NCBI GenBank assembly: GCA_963845755.1
Contig: CAWJTV010000015.1
Coordinates: 192,001-256,000, forward strand
Origin: an uncultured Planctomycetota bacterium
GTDB taxonomy: Bacteria > Planctomycetota > Planctomycetia > Isosphaerales > Isosphaeraceae
Length of the DNA stretch: 64,000 bases
Direction: 5' to 3'
Shown here piece after piece: positions 63,273 through 64,000 of this stretch. A program made the translations under genes and the position numbers. The notes below the pieces were generated by a model. The model ran no database searches. It worked only from the letters and a program-made list of their open reading frames with translations, and was not told the origin of the DNA. Each line of letters begins with the position of its first letter. Positions within the stretch are counted from its first letter, which is position 1.

Positions 63273-64000
63273 ATGAACGGCAATGGCAACGGCTCGGTGA
63301 TGAACGAGTGGAAGCTCCGCGAGCAGATGTGCGAGATCGGTCGGCGCGTGTACAACAAGGGCTTCGCGGCGGCGAACGACGGCAACATCAGCTACCGGTT
63401 GAGCGAGGACCGCGTCCTCTGCTCGCCGACCCGCGTCTCGAAGGGCTTCATGAAGCCCGACGACCTATGCATCGTTGACATGGACGGCAAGCAGGTTTCC
63501 GGCAAGCGGAAGCGATCAAGCGAGATCCTGCTGCACTTGACCATCATGAAGGCGCGGCCGGACATTCGGTCGGCCGTCCACTGCCATCCTCCGCATGCGA
63601 CGGCGTTCGCCGTGGCGCGGGAGCCGATCCCGAAATGCGTCCTGCCCGAGATCGAGGTCTTCCTCGGCGAGGTGGCGATCTCCCCCTATGAGACACCCGG
63701 CGGTCAGACCTTTGCCAACTCGGTGCTCCCCTACGTCAAGGACACCGACACCATCCTCCTGGCCAACCACGGGACCATCACCTACGGCACCGACCTGGAA
63801 GACGCCTACTTCAAGACCGAGATCATCGATGCCTATTGCCGCATCCTGATCCTGGCGAAGCAAATCGGCCGGGTGCACTACTACGGCGACGACAAAGCAG
63901 CCGAGCTGATCCGCCTCAAGCCGGGCCTGGGCATCCCGGATCCTCGGCTGGAGCGGGGCCTGGAAAATTGCGATCTCTGCGGCAACAGTCTGTTTCGCGA
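63273..64000 (+). CDS. Class II aldolase (fuculose/rhamnulose-phosphate aldolase-like); runs off the window
   Basis: AANDGNIS, SSEILLH, HCHPPHAT and LANHG; absent from the ORF track because it has no stop inside the window. Confidence 0.9.
   Translation, partial: MNGNGNGSVMNEWKLREQMCEIGRRVYNKGFAAANDGNISYRLSEDRVLCSPTRVSKGFMKPDDLCIVDMDGKQVSGKRKRSSEILLHLTIMKARPDIRSAVHCHPPHATAFAVAREPIPKCVLPEIEVFLGEVAISPYETPGGQTFANSVLPYVKDTDTILLANHGTITYGTDLEDAYFKTEIIDAYCRILILAKQIGRVHYYGDDKAAELIRLKPGLGIPDPRLERGLENCDLCGNSLFR

Overview
GC-rich bacterial DNA with Planctomycetota (Isosphaeraceae/Singulisphaera-like) hallmarks: a giant ECF sigma factor, DUF1501 proteins, a sulfatase, an 'LEGRALLS' secreted protein, REP-like palindromes and a PV-type microcompartment operon. 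Many ordinary genes carry single-base frameshifts, most likely uncorrected long-read errors, so some coordinates are reconstructed across them. Layout: (1) 1-17.2 kb, accessory and metabolic genes, including an arylsulfatase cleanly interrupted by a 910-bp IS5 element with a TTAA duplication. (2) About 17.2-44.8 kb, a DNA phosphorothioation (Dnd) defence island: dndBCDE, a divergent dndA, a second dndB, an SBD-HNH nuclease and a helicase-HNH fusion, with no dndFGH. It holds two repeat-delimited arrays. One is three Uma2 genes behind a shared leader, lying between two copies of a tripartite operator-like motif. The other, the most striking feature, is a ~9.6-kb array of six 3' fragments of the Dnd-associated putative methyltransferase gene alternating with toxin-antitoxin and defence cargo (VapBC x3, a retropepsin pair, a Shedu-like DUF4263 nuclease, a RelE-like gene), with no integrase in view. 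(3) 44.9-56.7 kb, an MFS transporter, BON, ROK kinase, histidine kinase, an orphan zincin/Cys-protein pair and mutM. (4) 56.8-64 kb, the planctomycete fucose/rhamnose bacterial microcompartment operon. Family assignments come from motif recognition by eye; no database searches were run.
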